Part shown: positions 35,506-38,706 of the stretch, piece after piece | Layout of the letters: the number at the start of each line of letters is the position of its first letter | Position numbering within the stretch: position 1 is the first letter of the stretch | DNA from: Basidiobolus meristosporus CBS 931.73 | Lineage: Eukaryota; Fungi; Basidiobolomycota | DNA length: 38,706 nucleotides | Reading direction: 5' to 3' | Assembly: GCA_002104905.1 (NCBI GenBank) | Contig: MCFE01000761.1 | Span: 1-38,706, forward strand | The notes under the pieces: generated by a model | Databases searched by the model: none | The model's input: the letters and a program-made list of their open reading frames with translations, nothing else | Told to the model about the DNA's origin: nothing | Translations under genes and position numbers: made by a program

Positions 35506-35854
35506 TGTGGTAAAAATTTGTATTTCCACCTAAGTATTCACCTAACTTAGTCACTTAGATCATTACCTTCAAATCCTAGAGAATACTGACCAAATTCCTT
35601 GTTGGGATTTACTTAGAATATTTTCACCAAAATACCAGGTACCCAGAACATGAAAATTCTCAAAGTTGTCCAAACAGCCCCATACTTTGCACACATGTTC
35701 TTGGGACCTTCCTTAGCCTATTCTACATGTTTGTAATGCCAAGACCAGGTAAAAGTATAAATACTAATTTTACATTCAATATATCACTAAGTAAAAACCA
35801 CATAATCTACTTGTTCTCCCAATCACTTCCAATATCTCCAAGACTCTTACAACA
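35506..35854 (+). repeat. 5' LTR of copia family C (349 bp)
   Basis: TGTGG...CAACA ends; homologous to 28596..28943 and 27781..28125. Confidence 0.92.
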
Positions 35855-35866
35855 GGCTATGAGCCC
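35855..35866 (+). promoter_or_regulatory. PBS complementary to the anticodon arm of initiator tRNA-Met (half-tRNA priming type)
   Basis: GGCTATGAGCCC directly follows the LTR; 11 of 12 positions are complementary to GGGCUCAUAACC. Confidence 0.8.
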
Positions 35867-35885
35867 CAAGCTGTCACTCTCTGTA

Positions 35886-38706
35886 ATGTCTACTACTGCT
35901 ATTACTGGAATTTTTCCCTCTGCTGAAAAGTTGGATGGCTCTAACTACCAAGTGTGGAAGGTGAAGATGAAGATGCTGCTACAAGAAAGAGGCCTTTGGG
36001 ATATTGTCATGGGAGAAGGATGCCCTCCTAAAAATGTGGGAGAAGAAGCCTTAAAGTACCAGAAGAAAGAACAAAGTGCCTTTAACTGCATTTGCCTTAA
36101 TGTCAAGGACAAATTGCTAATTCAATGCTCAATAGCAAAAACAGCAAAGAATGCCTGGAAAGCATTAAAAGACACCTACCAGTAATGTTCAGCTGCCAAG
36201 AAAATGTATCTGAGACAAAAATTCTTTACTACAAAGATGCTGCCAGGAGAAGAAATGAAAAATCTAATTAACAGAATTACCCTGCTGGTAGATGAGATGG
36301 AATCTGTGGGCATCCCAACTACTGATGAGGATGCGATAGTTACCATCCTGAATAGCCTGACAGACAAGCTTCAGGGCCTTGTATCAGCCCTAGAGTCCAG
36401 AACTGAAGATTTGACCTTAAATTACGTATATGGAAGGCTCCTGGATGAAGAATTAAGAAATCAGGCACCAATAAGAAGGAAGAAGAAAATGCTTTAATAA
36501 GCAATAATAGCCAACCAAGGAGGTACCCAAGACCCTACAAAGGCAACAGCAACCTATTTTGCAACTACTGCAAAAGGAAACAACACACATCAGACCGGTG
36601 TCTCAAAAAGTGAGATTATCAGCAAAAGACGCCTGAATATGGATATGCTGCAACAACTGAAGATAGACTATTCATATCTGCACCAGATATGACCACAAAC
36701 AAGGATTCTTAGACGTGGTATATTGACTCTGGAGCTTCTCAACACTTTACACACCAAGAAGTACTTTTTACCTAATATCATGAAATTCCAATTAAGAAGG
36801 TTTTCATGGGTGTTGATAAAACACTTGATGCAGTGGGAGAAGGAACTATCCAAGTAAACCTTAGAAGCAATCAAAGAAGCCATACACTGACCTTTGAAGA
36901 AGTACTCTATGTACCAGAAATAGCCAAGAACCTACTCCCTGTAAGCAAGGCCACAGCAGAAGGACTCAGTTTCAGTTTTGACAATTCTGGATGCAGGATC
37001 ACTGATCAAAATGGTGCTCATATTGTTTTGGGGGTCAGAGAACAAAATCTATACAAGCTGACTGATATTGCATCATATCTGTAAGCCAATATAAGTAACT
37101 TAAATGAAGAAACACCAATGCTTTGGCACAGGAGATTTGGGCACATCAATTTTGATTATTTGCACAAAATGATCAAAGATCAGCTAATTTCTGGAGTAAA
37201 AATTGATCCCCCAGCTAATTTGGATCACTGTGAAGCCTGCATATATGGGAAACAAGCCAGACAACTGTTCAAGAGCTCTGGGTTAATCAAAACTAAGAAA
37301 AAATTAGATCTAATTCACTCAGATCTGTGTGGACCTATGCAAAATTTATCCTTAGGTGGGATGAAGTATTTAATCACTTTTATTGATGATTATACAAGAT
37401 ACACATGGGTCTACTTCATGGAGAGAAAGGAAGAAGCTCTGTCCAAGTTCAGGGAGTTCAAAGCCATGGTGGAGAAAGAAACAGGTGAAAAAATCAAGAA
37501 AATATGCTCTGACAATTGTGGAGAATATACCTCAAAACTCTTCATCCACTTCTGCAAAATTCATGGGATAAAGCAAGAGACTACTGTACCATACTTGCCA
37601 CAGCAAGATGGAGTAGCAGAACATGCTAACAGATCAATAATTGATAAGGCAAGATCTATGATCCATGATCAAAAATTATCCTATGATTTTTGGGCGGAAT
37701 CAGTTGCCACTGCTGTATACCTTAAAAATAGGAGTTATAACAGAATACTTTGTGATTCTAATCCATTTGAAGCATGGTATGGATACAGACCAAGTGCAGA
37801 ACATCTAAGAATATTTGGGTGTACAGCATATGCCAAAAAACTGGCCGGAAATCAGTCAAAATTGGAGCCAATAAGTGTAAAATGCATATTTTTGGGCTAC
37901 TGCAACAAGAGTAAGGCATACAGACTCTACAATACCAAAGCAATGAAGCTGATCAAGTCCATGGATGTGTTGTTTGATGAAAATTCAAAACTTTCACAAA
38001 AATGACATCAGATGATGACAAAAATTTGATCTCAAGTCCACCAATTGTCAGGATTGAATCAGAGTAAAACAATGAAGACTTTTTCACTCCAGAGGACTCT
38101 ACAACTGTGGTTCAGCCAGAATCAGTGCCCAGGAATATCCCGACAGTGATCATTCCCATATCAAATGCCCGGAGATCAAATCAGACAAGAAATAGCCCAA
38201 ATTACAATATCAATGATGGTAAAAACTTAGCCTATGCCTATTCAGTCCATAGTGATGAGCCCCAGACTGTAAAAGAGGCCCTAAATAGCCCTCAGACAAA
38301 GTTTTGGAGATCTGCAATGACTGAGGAATATCAGGCCCTGATGGAAAATCAAACTGGGGACTTAGTCAAATTGCCAATCAACCAAAAATCAATAGGATGC
38401 AGATGGTGCAATTGAAAGATACAAAGCAAGACTTGTAGCTAAAGGATACTCTCAAACAAAAGGACTTGACTATACTGAGACCTTTGCACTGGTAGCCAAG
38501 TTCAATTCCATCAGATCAATATTGGCTATTGCAGCCAAATATAAGTTTTTTATTCATCAAATGGATGTAAAAACTGCAATCCTGAATAGAGAACTTAATG
38601 AGGACATGTATATGGACCAGCCTGATGGGCTTGCTGAACAAGATAACCCCCATTTGGTCTGCAAGCTTAAAAAGGCACTATATGGTTTCAAACATTCACC
38701 AAGAGC
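35886..38706 (+). pseudogene. gag-pol: gag-pol pseudogene: UBN2 gag, zinc knuckle, protease, integrase (open 37118..38005), RT
   Basis: KLDGSNYQVWKVKMKMLL..GLWDIV, WYIDSGASQH, LWHRRFGH..CEAC, HSDLCGP, CSDNCGEY, QDGVAEHAN, and [18 protein letters not shown]. Several stops and frameshifts. Confidence 0.93.

Larger units (their letters stand above)
35506..38706 (+). mobile_element. Copia family C element, 5' LTR to RT, running out of the window
   Basis: LTR 35506..35854, PBS, and gag-pol domains in copia order (protease, integrase, RT). Confidence 0.95.

Noticed and set aside
1-38706. Classical RIP (CpA to TpA)
   Set aside because: CA/TG dinucleotides are plentiful and paralog differences centre on CpG.

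Overview
This is eukaryotic, probably fungal, repeat-rich DNA. I can find no host gene, rRNA, tRNA or CRISPR array; the window is an almost continuous nest of transposable elements with strong CpG depletion. Families seen: (1) A two-gene PHIS (PIF/Harbinger-ISL2EU-Pangu-type) DNA transposon with a DDE_Tnp_4 transposase and a divergent MADF/Myb-like partner gene. One copy has an intact transposase (<1..2221), others form a self-nested, partly inverted complex (17236..23281), and there is a right-end fragment and a foldback MITE family made of two right ends. (2) A CMC/EnSpm (CACTA-superfamily) element with CCCCTACGAAAAAT-like ends, a 2-bp TSD, a Tnp2-type transposase and an unassigned divergent second gene; one end-to-end copy lies at 8708..13649 with several partial copies. 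(3) Two Ty1/copia families: B, with about 369-bp LTRs, and C, with about 348-bp LTRs, nested in itself repeatedly. (4) A solo-LTR family, one copy of which has a 4-bp TSD. (5) A tiny two-LTR unit with a tRNA-Lys-type PBS. All alignments, identities and family calls were made by eye from motifs; no database search was run.
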